Source: Planctomycetota bacterium
GTDB lineage: Bacteria > Planctomycetota > UBA8108 > SXIK01
Direction: 5' to 3'
Assembly: GCA_965223265.1 (NCBI GenBank)
Contig: OZ244999.1
Coordinates: 4,832,001-4,896,000, forward strand
DNA length: 64,000 nucleotides
The notes beneath the pieces were generated by a model, which saw nothing but the letters and a program-made list of their open reading frames with translations, made no database searches and had not been told where the DNA came from. Of the stretch, positions 1 through 9,437 are shown one piece after another; position 1 is the stretch's first letter; every line of letters begins with the position of its first letter. Position numbers and translations under genes: made by a program.

Positions 1-1032
1 GCCGGTCGTCTGACGTCGAAGTTCCCGGGTGACCTGAGTGTCGTTATGTTCGCCTGCACTGGCAGCGAGGCGAACGAACTGGCCGTGCGCATCGCGAAGA
101 GTGCCAGCGGAGGCGACGGTTTCATCGTCACGGAGCACGCCTACCACGGCAACACGAACGCGATCTCGGAGCTGTCGACGACGCATGCCTACGTGCAGCG
201 TGGGCCTGAGATCAAGACGGTCCCCGCGCCGAACGCCTATCGTGGACCCTACCGCTCCGCCGCCAGCGACGACGACGTCGACATCGGAAGTCGTTACGCC
301 GACCACGTCCACCGCGCAGTCGATGCGATGCGCCGAGAGGACATCAAGCCGGCCGCAATGCTCGTCGACACCATCTTCAGCACAGACGGGATTCACCGGG
401 CGCTCCCTGGCTACCTCCAGGCTACAGCGGAAGAGGTGCGCGCGGCCGGCGGCGTGTTGATCGCCGATGAAGTGCAGGCCGGATTCGGGCGCACAGGTGA
501 TCATCTGTGGGGCTTCGAGCATCACGCCGTCATCCCGGACATCGTCACCCTCGGAAAGCCGATGGGAAACGGGCACCCAATCGCAGCTGTCGTGACGACA
601 CCGCAGCTGGCGGCGAAGTTCGCCGAAAGCGCGCATTACTTCAACACCTTCGGCGGCAATCCTGTCGCGTGCGCCGCCGCCAGCGCGGTCCTCGACGTCC
701 TTGAAGGTGAAAACCTGCAGGAAAACGCTCGCAGCATTGGCGCCTATCTACGCGACAGGATCGACGAGCTGCGCTCGTCCCACGATCTCATCGGTGACGT
801 GCGCGGTTCCGGACTCTATATCGGTGTCGAGCTCGTCCGAGATCACGACACGCTCGAACCGGCAAGCGCCGAAACCGCCGCCGTCGTCAACGGCCTGCGC
901 GATCGCGGCGTGCTGATCTCGTCGACGGGGAAGGAAAACAACGTCCTCAAGATCCGCCCGCCACTGGTCTTTTCGCGCCAGCACGCGGACCAACTGGTCA
1001 CCGCGCTCGACACGACGCTACGAGCGATCTAA
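1..1032 (+). CDS. Class III PLP-dependent aminotransferase, 5' truncated by window edge
   Basis: Frame is open from base 1; motifs [56 protein letters not shown]. Confidence 0.9.
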   Translation, partial: AGRLTSKFPGDLSVVMFACTGSEANELAVRIAKSASGGDGFIVTEHAYHGNTNAISELSTTHAYVQRGPEIKTVPAPNAYRGPYRSAASDDDVDIGSRYADHVHRAVDAMRREDIKPAAMLVDTIFSTDGIHRALPGYLQATAEEVRAAGGVLIADEVQAGFGRTGDHLWGFEHHAVIPDIVTLGKPMGNGHPIAAVVTTPQLAAKFAESAHYFNTFGGNPVACAAASAVLDVLEGENLQENARSIGAYLRDRIDELRSSHDLIGDVRGSGLYIGVELVRDHDTLEPASAETAAVVNGLRDRGVLISSTGKENNVLKIRPPLVFSRQHADQLVTALDTTLRAI

Positions 1033-1052
1033 CGGCAAGTCGCTTGGCGGCT

Positions 1053-1640
1053 CTACGAATCCACTGCGGTTTCAGTCGCCGGCACACGAACGGGCGTCTG
1101 CCCTGCGCCGCGAAGAAACGGCGGCGCCGCAGAGCCGTGAACCAGGTGACACGTGCTGCAAGCGTCAGCCTCCTTCGCTCCTTCACTCACGGCCGCTCTC
1201 GAGGTCGCACTCGCCGCCACTGTCGGACAGGTCAAGAGCGATGCGTGACAACCGCTGCAAAGACGCGTCTGCGGCGCCGAGAGAAGCGACTCATAACGGG
1301 AACTGTGAGGGCGGTGGCAGAGAAGGCAGTCCCCCAGAGCGACAGGCCCGTGCGCGAACTTGACGCGGGCGAGGTCTTGGTGACAGTCTCCGCTGCTGCA
1401 GTTGTTGGCGCCAGAGCGGCTGGCCGGGATGCCACCGCGGACCTCGCCGTGACACTGCCGGCAATCGCCTGGGTGAGCAAAGAGAGGCATCGCCCTCCTC
1501 GCAGTCCGTGGCTCCCGCTCCGACGCACAGCTGACGACGAGCACGAGCAATGTGAATCCAACGATTCCGATCACCAATGCGCCCGTCGTAGTGCGGGAAC
1601 CGTTCGTCGCAGCTGAGTGGGGAATCTCTACTTGTGGCAC
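1053..1640 (-). CDS. Small multiheme cytochrome c lipoprotein (doubled-CXXCH type; 4 CxxCH + 1 CX4CH)
   Basis: CRQCH, CSSGDCH, CLLCH, CSGCH, CSTCH; HGPV and PH motifs; hydrophobic stretch ending LVVSC; probable GTG start at 1640 overlapping the upstream stop (start inferred). Confidence 0.8.
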   Translation of the reverse strand: MPQVEIPHSAATNGSRTTTGALVIGIVGFTLLVLVVSCASEREPRTARRAMPLFAHPGDCRQCHGEVRGGIPASRSGANNCSSGDCHQDLARVKFAHGPVALGDCLLCHRPHSSRYESLLSAPQTRLCSGCHASLLTCPTVAASATSRAAVSEGAKEADACSTCHLVHGSAAPPFLRGAGQTPVRVPATETAVDS

Positions 1641-2629
1641 AGTGTACAGTCCGACCCGTTGTCTGCGTGCGGCGGTCTCAGGTGACAACGACGGCAATCC
1701 GACGTCGCCGGTTGATGAGGCGGCGGCGGAATCGGCGTCGCCAGCTGATGACTCAGTGTCGATGCGTGACAGACGCGGCAGCCGGTCGACTCGAGCGGTT
1801 CGTGGCACGAGAGACAATGCCGTGATTGAGCCCCGCCGAATCCACCGACATGGCTCCGCGGCTCGACCTCCTGGTGGCAGCGGACGCAGAAGTTTTCCTG
1901 ATGACAAGGCGTGCACTGCGTTCGATTCAAACCGGCCTCCAGACCGTGCCCCCGACCGCGAAAGAACTCCGTGTGACTCTGCGGTTTCATGATTTGGTGA
2001 CATGCGTCGCAAGAGCTCTGAGCATGACAGATGCCACATCCTTCCTGGTGGCCACGCGAGCGTGCGATCTCGATGTCACGGCCGTGAGTGCGCAAAAAGA
2101 TATCAGAATGGTGAGATGGAGGTTTTGTGGTCGTACGGATCTCGAGATGGCAGACCGAACAGTCGGCGGCAACATCGTGCTGCCGATGGCAATCCTGGCA
2201 TGCCTCAGGACGGTTGTCTTTCAGATGCCAACGCGTCGAGTCGGCAAGCAAAGCGCCGTGGCACGCTGCGCATGGAACGTCGCGTGCGCTGTGCACTGCA
2301 TGTGAGAATTTGAGATCTGTCGACACCACCCGAGGAAGGAACGTCTGACTTGGATCTTGTTTCTGGATCTCCGTTTCGTATGGATAAGGCGCGCGCGATT
2401 CATCTTCTCCGTGACACGCGAGACAATGCCGAAACGTCGGCATTTCGGCGGTAGCGTCCGTCACACCTCCTTCATGGCATGCCCCACATGCGATCTTCTG
2501 TTCTTCATGCATGCGATGGCTGAAGCGGGCAGGACGGCTCTCGAGCAAGAGCGAACAGCCAATGAGGCCGATGACAACGCAGCACGCCGCGCCGAGCATC
2601 TTTCGTGCGCTCTCCGTGATCAAAACCAT
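1628..2629 (-). CDS. 13-heme cytochrome c (c3/c7-like repeats), probable lipoprotein
   Basis: 13 CxxCH motifs from CGACH to CTLCH; FSH motifs precede the first hemes; signal ending LIGC. Confidence 0.9.
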   Translation of the reverse strand: MVLITESARKMLGAACCVVIGLIGCSLLLESRPARFSHRMHEEQKIACGACHEGGVTDATAEMPTFRHCLACHGEDESRAPYPYETEIQKQDPSQTFLPRVVSTDLKFSHAVHSARDVPCAACHGALLADSTRWHLKDNRPEACQDCHRQHDVAADCSVCHLEIRTTTKPPSHHSDIFLRTHGRDIEIARSRGHQEGCGICHAQSSCDACHQIMKPQSHTEFFRGRGHGLEAGLNRTQCTPCHQENFCVRCHQEVEPRSHVGGFGGAQSRHCLSCHEPLESTGCRVCHASTLSHQLATPIPPPPHQPATSDCRRCHLRPPHADNGSDCTLCHK

Positions 2630-4008
2630 ACCCTGAACCCTGAAGTGACGACGTGGTACTCGCTGTGCGAATCTTTTTCATACCGGTACTGGCTGTCGAG
2701 ATGAAGCCAGTCGGTCGCTTTCCACAGCACCTTCACATAGTAAAGTCGGTCACGGTCGCGCTCGGTGCCCGTGAATTCATCGAACCTGTAGAGAGAATAG
2801 TCCGTGCCGATGCGGATGCGCCAGGCTTTCGCGAAGCGCTGTTCAGCCTCAACGCCGGCCGCGTAGATCTCGTCATTGTCAGAGTTGAAGAGGTCCCCAC
2901 GCAGAGAGATCCTCCCGCCACGCCACACATCGCGCGCGTCGAATGACAAGTAAACGTTCTGGTATTCGTGATTGAAGAGCCCCTCGTCCGACGAATCCTC
3001 GAGCTCGCGGACGCTGACACCCGTCCCGACGCCAAAGTGCTCGGCGATGGGCTGGTGAGCATCGATCTGGTACTGAAAGAACGGCGCGTAACTCCCCTGA
3101 ACGAGCTGGAAGGCCGAAAGCTCACTTGAGAGGAAATCAACGATGCCGTTCTGTCGCAGCACCCTGCCGTACACCGAAGACCCCCAGTTCTTTGAGACGT
3201 AGCGCAGGTCGATCAGCTGGCGCCGGTCTCGCTCTTCAACCCACGACGCCGAGACGTTCGTCGACCACTCGTCCGTGATCCTATAATCAGCGTGAATGGC
3301 GTACAGGTCGTCGTTGGCATCGGGCGCGGAATCTCTTCGATCGCGGATGAAGAAGTAGTCCGCACCGAGGCTCAAACCGTCGAGAGGCGTCGATTCGACG
3401 CCAACTCCGGTGAGCAAATCACCGGAGGGAGAGCTTTCGTAGAGATGCGCCGGCACGCCGGCGTAGAGATCGGCGGACAGTGTTTTCCACACTTTCGACT
3501 TAGCGTGCGCGCCGTCGAAGAGAATCCCCTCCTCGCGATGAATACGCTGTCGGCCAAATCGCAAATGCTCAAGCACAGAGAAATCAGCCACCTCCGCGTA
3601 GGCCGAGTGCAAGAAGGCGTGAAATCGGTCTCCAAACGTGTTCGAGACATCCGTGAAGGGTACGAAGCCGCGACTGTCGCTCGCGCTGCGAAACCCATCG
3701 ATATCGAGATCATAGCTGCCCTGAAAGTGAAAACCGACCTCGCCATAGGGTCGCTCATGCCGCGCTTCGGGATGCGGGTAGGCCATATCGAGCGTGAGAA
3801 AGCCGTAGACGTCTTGGTCCCTGGCGTCGTCGACCGATGAAGACCGAAACCTGTAACGTTGACTGAGGTTGCCGGAGATTTCCGCAGGCGCCGCTTTTTC
3901 GCTCTCGTCTTCCTGCGCTCCCAGATGTGGCGCGCAAAGTGGAGGGCAGAGCGCCGTGCAGGCAGCCGCAGCACAAACGACGGAAAGAAGGCGGTCCCGA
4001 GTCGCCAT
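2620..4008 (-). CDS. Outer-membrane beta-barrel, probable porin of a porin-cytochrome complex
   Basis: Signal peptide; alternating aromatic/hydrophobic beta-strand pattern; C-terminal SGFRVWF ending in Phe; lies between multiheme cytochrome genes. Confidence 0.75.
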   Translation of the reverse strand: MATRDRLLSVVCAAAACTALCPPLCAPHLGAQEDESEKAAPAEISGNLSQRYRFRSSSVDDARDQDVYGFLTLDMAYPHPEARHERPYGEVGFHFQGSYDLDIDGFRSASDSRGFVPFTDVSNTFGDRFHAFLHSAYAEVADFSVLEHLRFGRQRIHREEGILFDGAHAKSKVWKTLSADLYAGVPAHLYESSPSGDLLTGVGVESTPLDGLSLGADYFFIRDRRDSAPDANDDLYAIHADYRITDEWSTNVSASWVEERDRRQLIDLRYVSKNWGSSVYGRVLRQNGIVDFLSSELSAFQLVQGSYAPFFQYQIDAHQPIAEHFGVGTGVSVRELEDSSDEGLFNHEYQNVYLSFDARDVWRGGRISLRGDLFNSDNDEIYAAGVEAEQRFAKAWRIRIGTDYSLYRFDEFTGTERDRDRLYYVKVLWKATDWLHLDSQYRYEKDSHSEYHVVTSGFRVWF

Positions 4009-4014
4009 AAGCTG

Positions 4015-6144
4015 CTACGGCTCCTCGGTGAATCGATAGTCGGGCCACGACCCGAACGCCACGCCGCGATGACAGGCGACACACGAGTTGAGTACGGCGG
4101 GAGAACCGTCGAGGTGCATCTCTTCGCTGACTTTCGGTGAAATCGCACCAAAGGTGTGTGAGGAGATATCGCCGCGGACGACGAAACCGTCGAGGTCGCG
4201 AACCCACTCGGCGCTCCGCGCGGTGCGCGGCATGTGGCACAGCGTGCAGCGTCCGAGTCCCTGTTCGGATCCCGGATCGCCGTACGGTGCCGGCCCGATG
4301 TTCATCGCCACGCCGATCTGATCGAACGTGCGGAGCAGAACGTGAGAGTTGAGCGCTTGTCGTACCGCTGCGGGAAACTGGCCAGCACCCGGATCGGCAA
4401 CTGCGCTCGGTTCAACCGCGTCGAAATCGCCGCGCCCAGAGTGGCAATCAAAGCAGAGGACGTTGTTGTCGGCCGGGGCGACAAGTTGCGCAGCGAACGT
4501 GCGGTCGTGAGCGTCGTGACAATCAAAACAGACGACGATCTGACGCTCGTTCAACGCGTGCGCCGACCTGACATGATCAAAGTAGTGCTGCCTTTGCTGC
4601 TTGGAGTGGTCAAAGTCGCTTCCGAACGGCCGGTCGCGCCACGAGGCGCTGTCGTCCACCGCGAGATCAACGGTGTCGAGGAAGCCGCCACTGGTTCCGA
4701 AGTGCGGCAGAATGTCGCGCCCACTCGGCGTGCCGAAGAACTCGGCCGGACTCTGACCAGGTGTGAAAAACTCCACTGCGCCGCTCAACGCATCGTTCCG
4801 CGCGGGGTAGTCTCCACCACCGTCACCATCGATGAGGGCGTTTCCACGACCGCGGATGTGGCACTGGCCGCAAAGCATCTGCGCCCGCCCAGGGGACAAG
4901 TACTGCGGCTGCACGATGGATCCGCCGCGGTCTTGGGCGTGCTGGGAGCCTGGGCCATGACAGCGCTCACAACCGACGTTCATCTCGTCGAGGTTGCCGT
5001 CGCCATCGTAGTCAAACGGCCCACCCGGATCGGCCACGGCGTGGGCCTGGAAGAGACCGTCGCCGCTGCGCGTTAGTGACATCCCGGTGAAGTGACAGCC
5101 GGCGCAGCGGTTGTCGAAAGAGTCTCGCGGCTCCGGGACACGCAGCGGCCGGTCCCCATCGACCGCTGGCGGCTCCCAGTGCTCGGCGTCGTAATCCGTC
5201 CAGGCGGGCACCGTGACCTCGCCACGCCCGACGTCGCCACGAGTCTCGGAGAACTGCGCCGGCAGGACCTGATAGGTACCGAGCGTTGCGTCCGCCGTGT
5301 GGCGCCCCTGCGCGCTGAGGCGCGTGACGTACAGCTGCTTGAATAGTCCTTCGCCACCGTACGAGAACTCGACGTAAAGTGGCTCGGAGACGCGCGCCTG
5401 GTCGTCACTTTCGACAGCCTGAAAAAATCCCGCTGCATCCCTGCCCAGAAGGATGCTGTACCCCTCGTTGCTGTCGACGCGATACCCGAAACCATCACCC
5501 CCGCCTGTGTTGTCATGGGGGTTCCCGTCCGCGAAGTAGGCTAGGCCCGCGTCGACGACCGGGAACTGTGAGAGATCTTGAAGCGAGGATGGTTCGGAAC
5601 CGGCGGCCGTCACGCGGCGCAGTCCGATCGAATGCAGCGTTCTCATATGTCCTGATGCGTCGGCGTGGCATTCGAGGCATCGGGAAGACCCCACATAGGC
5701 AGCGTCCTCAGGTGGTCGATCCGAAAGTTCGACCGTCAAATCGGTCAGAGCCTCGCCACTGTCGACCACCAACGCGGATCGCGATACGCTCCCGCCAGGC
5801 AAGTATCCCGAAATTGCCGCGCGCGCGAAGAGGAAATAACGCCCAGGGGGAAGCGAAACCGAGAACCGGCCGTCGGCGTCCGTCGACGCGGACGTTGTCG
5901 CGCTGCTCGTGCAATCCTCGAGGGGTTGGAGCGACATCGAAGCGGCGACTTCAGCCGCTGGGATCAAAAAGACCGTGGCGTTGATGCCGGCTCCATTACC
6001 GACGACGCGGCCACTGACGCTTCCGTCGGCAGGCGGAGCCGAGGAGTCTGAGCTACAGCCGAGAGAGAGAGCGCAGACGAGATAGCCGAAGAGTCGAACG
6101 AGTCGAACGAGTCGAGTGCCAAACAGGCAGCGCGCTGAATCCAT
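4015..6144 (-). CDS. Octaheme cytochrome c lipoprotein with N-terminal carboxypeptidase-regulatory-like beta-sandwich
   Basis: LSLGC lipobox; VSGRV...TDADGRF...LPPGRY; YVGSSRCLECH, CAGCH, CERCHGPG, CGQCH, CFDCH x2, CTLCHMP, CVACH. Confidence 0.85.
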   Translation of the reverse strand: MDSARCLFGTRLVRLVRLFGYLVCALSLGCSSDSSAPPADGSVSGRVVGNGAGINATVFLIPAAEVAASMSLQPLEDCTSSATTSASTDADGRFSVSLPPGRYFLFARAAISGYLPGGSVSRSALVVDSGEALTDLTVELSDRPPEDAAYVGSSRCLECHADASGHMRTLHSIGLRRVTAAGSEPSSLQDLSQFPVVDAGLAYFADGNPHDNTGGGDGFGYRVDSNEGYSILLGRDAAGFFQAVESDDQARVSEPLYVEFSYGGEGLFKQLYVTRLSAQGRHTADATLGTYQVLPAQFSETRGDVGRGEVTVPAWTDYDAEHWEPPAVDGDRPLRVPEPRDSFDNRCAGCHFTGMSLTRSGDGLFQAHAVADPGGPFDYDGDGNLDEMNVGCERCHGPGSQHAQDRGGSIVQPQYLSPGRAQMLCGQCHIRGRGNALIDGDGGGDYPARNDALSGAVEFFTPGQSPAEFFGTPSGRDILPHFGTSGGFLDTVDLAVDDSASWRDRPFGSDFDHSKQQRQHYFDHVRSAHALNERQIVVCFDCHDAHDRTFAAQLVAPADNNVLCFDCHSGRGDFDAVEPSAVADPGAGQFPAAVRQALNSHVLLRTFDQIGVAMNIGPAPYGDPGSEQGLGRCTLCHMPRTARSAEWVRDLDGFVVRGDISSHTFGAISPKVSEEMHLDGSPAVLNSCVACHRGVAFGSWPDYRFTEEP

Positions 6145-6185
6145 GGTGAAGAATCATCAGGTGGTGCTGGATCGACCGAGCGCAC

Positions 6186-6217
6186 CGTTGATTCTACCGC
6201 CATGATACGAATCAACG
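6186..6217. promoter_or_regulatory. Perfect 9-bp inverted repeat (CGTTGATTC-N14-GAATCAACG) between the two divergent cytochrome operons; candidate operator
   Basis: Arms seen at 6186-6194 and 6209-6217; function is inferred. Confidence 0.35.
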
Positions 6218-6312
6218 TCGCAAGAAATCGTTCTGTCTCATTGCCCGTGTGTTTGCTACAGTTTGAGCGCAAGGCAAGAAGGCCTCCGATCATCCGACAT
6301 GGCGGAACCAAA

Positions 6313-7452
6313 ATGGCTTCCAAGCTCCGCACCCGCCACCATCGCATCGCAACTCTGCTCGTCGCGTTCGGACTTGTGGCAGGCGTGGCGATTGTGCCGT
6401 CCCTCTCGCAGGAACGACGCCCGACGACACGTCGGAGCACATCCGCGAAGGACAAAACGCGTCGCGACTTCAATGCCAATTGCCTCAGCTCGGGCTGTCA
6501 CGCTCAGCTCAAGGAGCACGAGCAAGTCCACGGCCCTGTCTCCATCGGCGCTTGCCAAGTTTGTCACGCCGCCGCCGGAGCGCAAGAGGACCACAAGTTC
6601 AAGCCGACACGGTCGCCGGCGGAGCAGTGCTCGTTTTGCCACCAGCCCGCCAGCAAGGGTGAGTCGATTCACAAGGTCTTCGCCGATCGCGACTGTCTTG
6701 CATGTCACGATCCGCACGGCGGATCCACCCGTGCCCTCCTCGTCACGACCGACCAATCAGCGCTCTGTAAGAAGTGTCACGAACCTAAAGCTCCCGGCAC
6801 CACCGAGGCCTCTCCTCAAGCGGCGACGGTCGAACAGACTTTTGAAAATCTGCACTATCAAGCAGGCGGGAAAGCGTGCCTCGACTGCCACCGCGCCCAT
6901 CAGTCAGAATTCGCCAGGCTTCTACACCAACGTGAAGATACGGCATGTTTCAGCTGTCACGATCGTTCCATCGCAAGGGCAAACCTGCCAAACGTCCGTG
7001 ACGTCAAGTCAGAGGTCGCGACCGCGAAGCACGTCCACAAGCCGATCGTAGAGGGCAAGTGCGCCGGCTGCCACGCCTCCCATTCCGTCGACAGCGCCCA
7101 CCTGTTGAAATCGACCTACACTTCAGAATTCTACATGCCGTTCTCAGACAGCGCTTATCGCCTCTGCTTTGAGTGCCATGACAAGTCGCTGGCGACGGAT
7201 GACCAAAGAAGCGCGACGTCATTTCGAGACGGCGCGCGAAATCTGCATGCCGTCCATGTCAACCGCGACAAGGGGAGGACCTGCGCAGTCTGCCACGACG
7301 CACATGCAAGTGCGCTACCGGGGTTGATCCGCCAGAGTGTTCCCTTCGGACCAGGCGGATGGCAACTCCCGATCGGTTTTGAAAAAACAACAACAGGTGG
7401 AACCTGCGCTTCTGGATGTCACAAAAAGATGAGTTACGACAACAGTAAGTAG
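6313..7452 (+). CDS. Periplasmic multiheme cytochrome c, doubled-CXXCH family (9 CxxCH + CX4CH + CX3CH)
   Basis: Signal/TM after MASK; CLSSGCH, CQVCH, CSFCH, CLACHDPH, CKKCH, CLDCH, CFSCH, CAGCH, CFECH, CAVCHDAH, CASGCH; FRDG..NLH motif. Confidence 0.9.
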   Translation: MASKLRTRHHRIATLLVAFGLVAGVAIVPSLSQERRPTTRRSTSAKDKTRRDFNANCLSSGCHAQLKEHEQVHGPVSIGACQVCHAAAGAQEDHKFKPTRSPAEQCSFCHQPASKGESIHKVFADRDCLACHDPHGGSTRALLVTTDQSALCKKCHEPKAPGTTEASPQAATVEQTFENLHYQAGGKACLDCHRAHQSEFARLLHQREDTACFSCHDRSIARANLPNVRDVKSEVATAKHVHKPIVEGKCAGCHASHSVDSAHLLKSTYTSEFYMPFSDSAYRLCFECHDKSLATDDQRSATSFRDGARNLHAVHVNRDKGRTCAVCHDAHASALPGLIRQSVPFGPGGWQLPIGFEKTTTGGTCASGCHKKMSYDNSK

Positions 7453-7492
7453 CCGGTCTCGATTTCTCTCCGCGGCGACGACACTAGAAGCG

Positions 7493-9310
7493 ATGAGAAC
7501 ACCATTCCTCAGACGTTTTCTCCATCCGCTGGGCATCTTCGGTCTTCTATTCGTAGCGATAGGGTTCGGAGGTAGCGTTGTCGGGCTGGTCGTCGACCTT
7601 GTCACCGCCGAGGAACCGCGGCCCTATGAGGGCCTTCTGACCTTCTGCCTGTACCCGTGTGTCATGTTTTTTGGCATCGCGCTTCTGCTGCTGACCTTGT
7701 GGCTCGAGCGCCGGCGAGCCCGCAAACTCGAAGCGAAGCAGATCGATTGGCGGCCGCGGCTCGACCCACGCGTCAAGCGGCACCGGCGGCTCATTGCAGG
7801 GCTCGTCTTCACTGCATTGATGTTCCTTTCCTTGAGCATCGTCGGTGCGATCGGCGCGCTTCGATTCATGGAGTCGAATCGCTTCTGCGGGGAGATGTGC
7901 CACGCACCGATGGAGCCCCAACACGTCGCGCATCAGTTTTCTCCCCATGCGAACGTCGACTGTGTCCAATGTCACGTCGGTCCGGGAGCCGCGGCGTACG
8001 TCGAAGCCAAAGTCTCTGGTCTTCGCCAACTTTCCCAGATGCTAACGGACAGTTACCCACGTCCGATCCGTGCCCACCCCATGGACGTACCGAGTGCAGA
8101 CGCCACATGTATCGGCTGCCACTGGCGCGAGCGCTACCATGGAGAGCAGCTCAGTCAATACGTGCGATACGGATTCGACCTGAAGAACACGCGTCGCGCT
8201 GTACGACTCGTTCTGAACGTCGGCGGTGGAAATTCGACGTTCGGAGCGCGGCAAGGGATCCACTGGCATGCCAATCCTGAGAACCGTGTTTGGTTCCGGT
8301 CGACGGATCCTTTCCACCAGGAGATTCCATGGGTCAAGGTCGAACGCGCCGACGGAACAGTGGCTGTCTACAAGCGTCAGGATGCGAGCGCCGATGACGA
8401 TCCCGATGGCAGCGATGAGGCGATCCATTTGATGAGCTGTCGCGATTGCCACAACCGCCCGGCACATCGTTTCATGCTTCCGGACGACGCGGTCGACCTG
8501 GCGCTGGAGAGCGGTGGCATCGACCGTTCAATCCCGTCGATCAAGACCGTCGCGGTCAGCGCCCTCGGAAAGACCTACGCGACCGTCGACGAGGCGCTTT
8601 CTGGGATTCGCTCCGCCGTGGAGCAGTTCTATAGCGACACGCTTCCGTCCGTCCTCGCCACCCGGCGCGAGGAGATCGAACGTTCGATCGCTGCGCTTCA
8701 TGACATCTATCGAAGGAATGCTTTTCCCGAGATGAACGTGAACGGCTACACGTTTCCTGACAACTCTGGGCATCTCACATTTCCGGGTTGTCTTCGATGC
8801 CACGACGGCAAGCACACGTCCGACGACGGCACGGTTCTCTCCGGCGACTGCCAGCTCTGCCACCGCTTCGTGACGCGTTCACCTGAAGACGGCACGCTCC
8901 GCGAAGTGCCGACCGCGAGCGCCGTACTCCACCCGTTCAAACCAGAGCACCACGAGCAGATTGACTGCTGGACGTGCCACTCGGGTAGCACGACTCCCTA
9001 CGCCAGCTGTATGGAATGCCATCCCAACGCCACAAACGGACACGCGATGGCTTTTCAGTGCTCGATCTGTCACAAACCCGAGTCAACGGATCACGCCGCA
9101 TCGACCTGCGGTCCGTGCCATCCTCTGAGCGGATCGCCTCTGCACCAACACGCAGAGCATCGCGACTGCGTGAAATGTCACACTCCCCACGGATGGAATG
9201 CGGAAATTCCCGCAAGCTGCACGCCATGCCATGAAGAATCCCTCGATGCGAACGGATTCAAGGGTGTGGAGTCGACGTTCTACGGCTTGCCATCAAGAAC
9301 GCGTGGGTAA
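7493..9310 (+). CDS. Inner-membrane NapC/NirT-family multiheme cytochrome c (ImcH-like) with C-terminal heme extension; 12 heme motifs
   Basis: Three N-terminal TM segments; FCGEMCHAPM, SPHANVDCVQCH..AKVSGLRQ, CIGCH, GIHWH, CRDCHNRPAH, GCLRCHD, then 7 more CxxCH. Confidence 0.88.
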   Translation: MRTPFLRRFLHPLGIFGLLFVAIGFGGSVVGLVVDLVTAEEPRPYEGLLTFCLYPCVMFFGIALLLLTLWLERRRARKLEAKQIDWRPRLDPRVKRHRRLIAGLVFTALMFLSLSIVGAIGALRFMESNRFCGEMCHAPMEPQHVAHQFSPHANVDCVQCHVGPGAAAYVEAKVSGLRQLSQMLTDSYPRPIRAHPMDVPSADATCIGCHWRERYHGEQLSQYVRYGFDLKNTRRAVRLVLNVGGGNSTFGARQGIHWHANPENRVWFRSTDPFHQEIPWVKVERADGTVAVYKRQDASADDDPDGSDEAIHLMSCRDCHNRPAHRFMLPDDAVDLALESGGIDRSIPSIKTVAVSALGKTYATVDEALSGIRSAVEQFYSDTLPSVLATRREEIERSIAALHDIYRRNAFPEMNVNGYTFPDNSGHLTFPGCLRCHDGKHTSDDGTVLSGDCQLCHRFVTRSPEDGTLREVPTASAVLHPFKPEHHEQIDCWTCHSGSTTPYASCMECHPNATNGHAMAFQCSICHKPESTDHAASTCGPCHPLSGSPLHQHAEHRDCVKCHTPHGWNAEIPASCTPCHEESLDANGFKGVESTFYGLPSRTRG

Positions 9311-9437
9311 TTTGAGCGCTGCCTTGACCTCACAACCGCCGCGCTCCTACCATCGAAGGTAGACCGTCGAAAGGTTCGGAGCCCCCGGGATGGGGCAACC
9401 CCTCGGCTAATTGAGGCGAGAATGCGAGCAAAGAGAC

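Noticed and set aside
6091-6117. GAGTCGAAC x3 repeat as a phase-variation tract
   Set aside because: 9-bp in-frame unit in a signal peptide; copy change would not shift the frame
4015-6144. Hydroxylamine/hydrazine oxidoreductase or octaheme nitrite reductase
   Set aside because: Eight hemes, but no CxxCK and no recognisable HAO spacing; the lipobox and porin context favour an electron-transfer role
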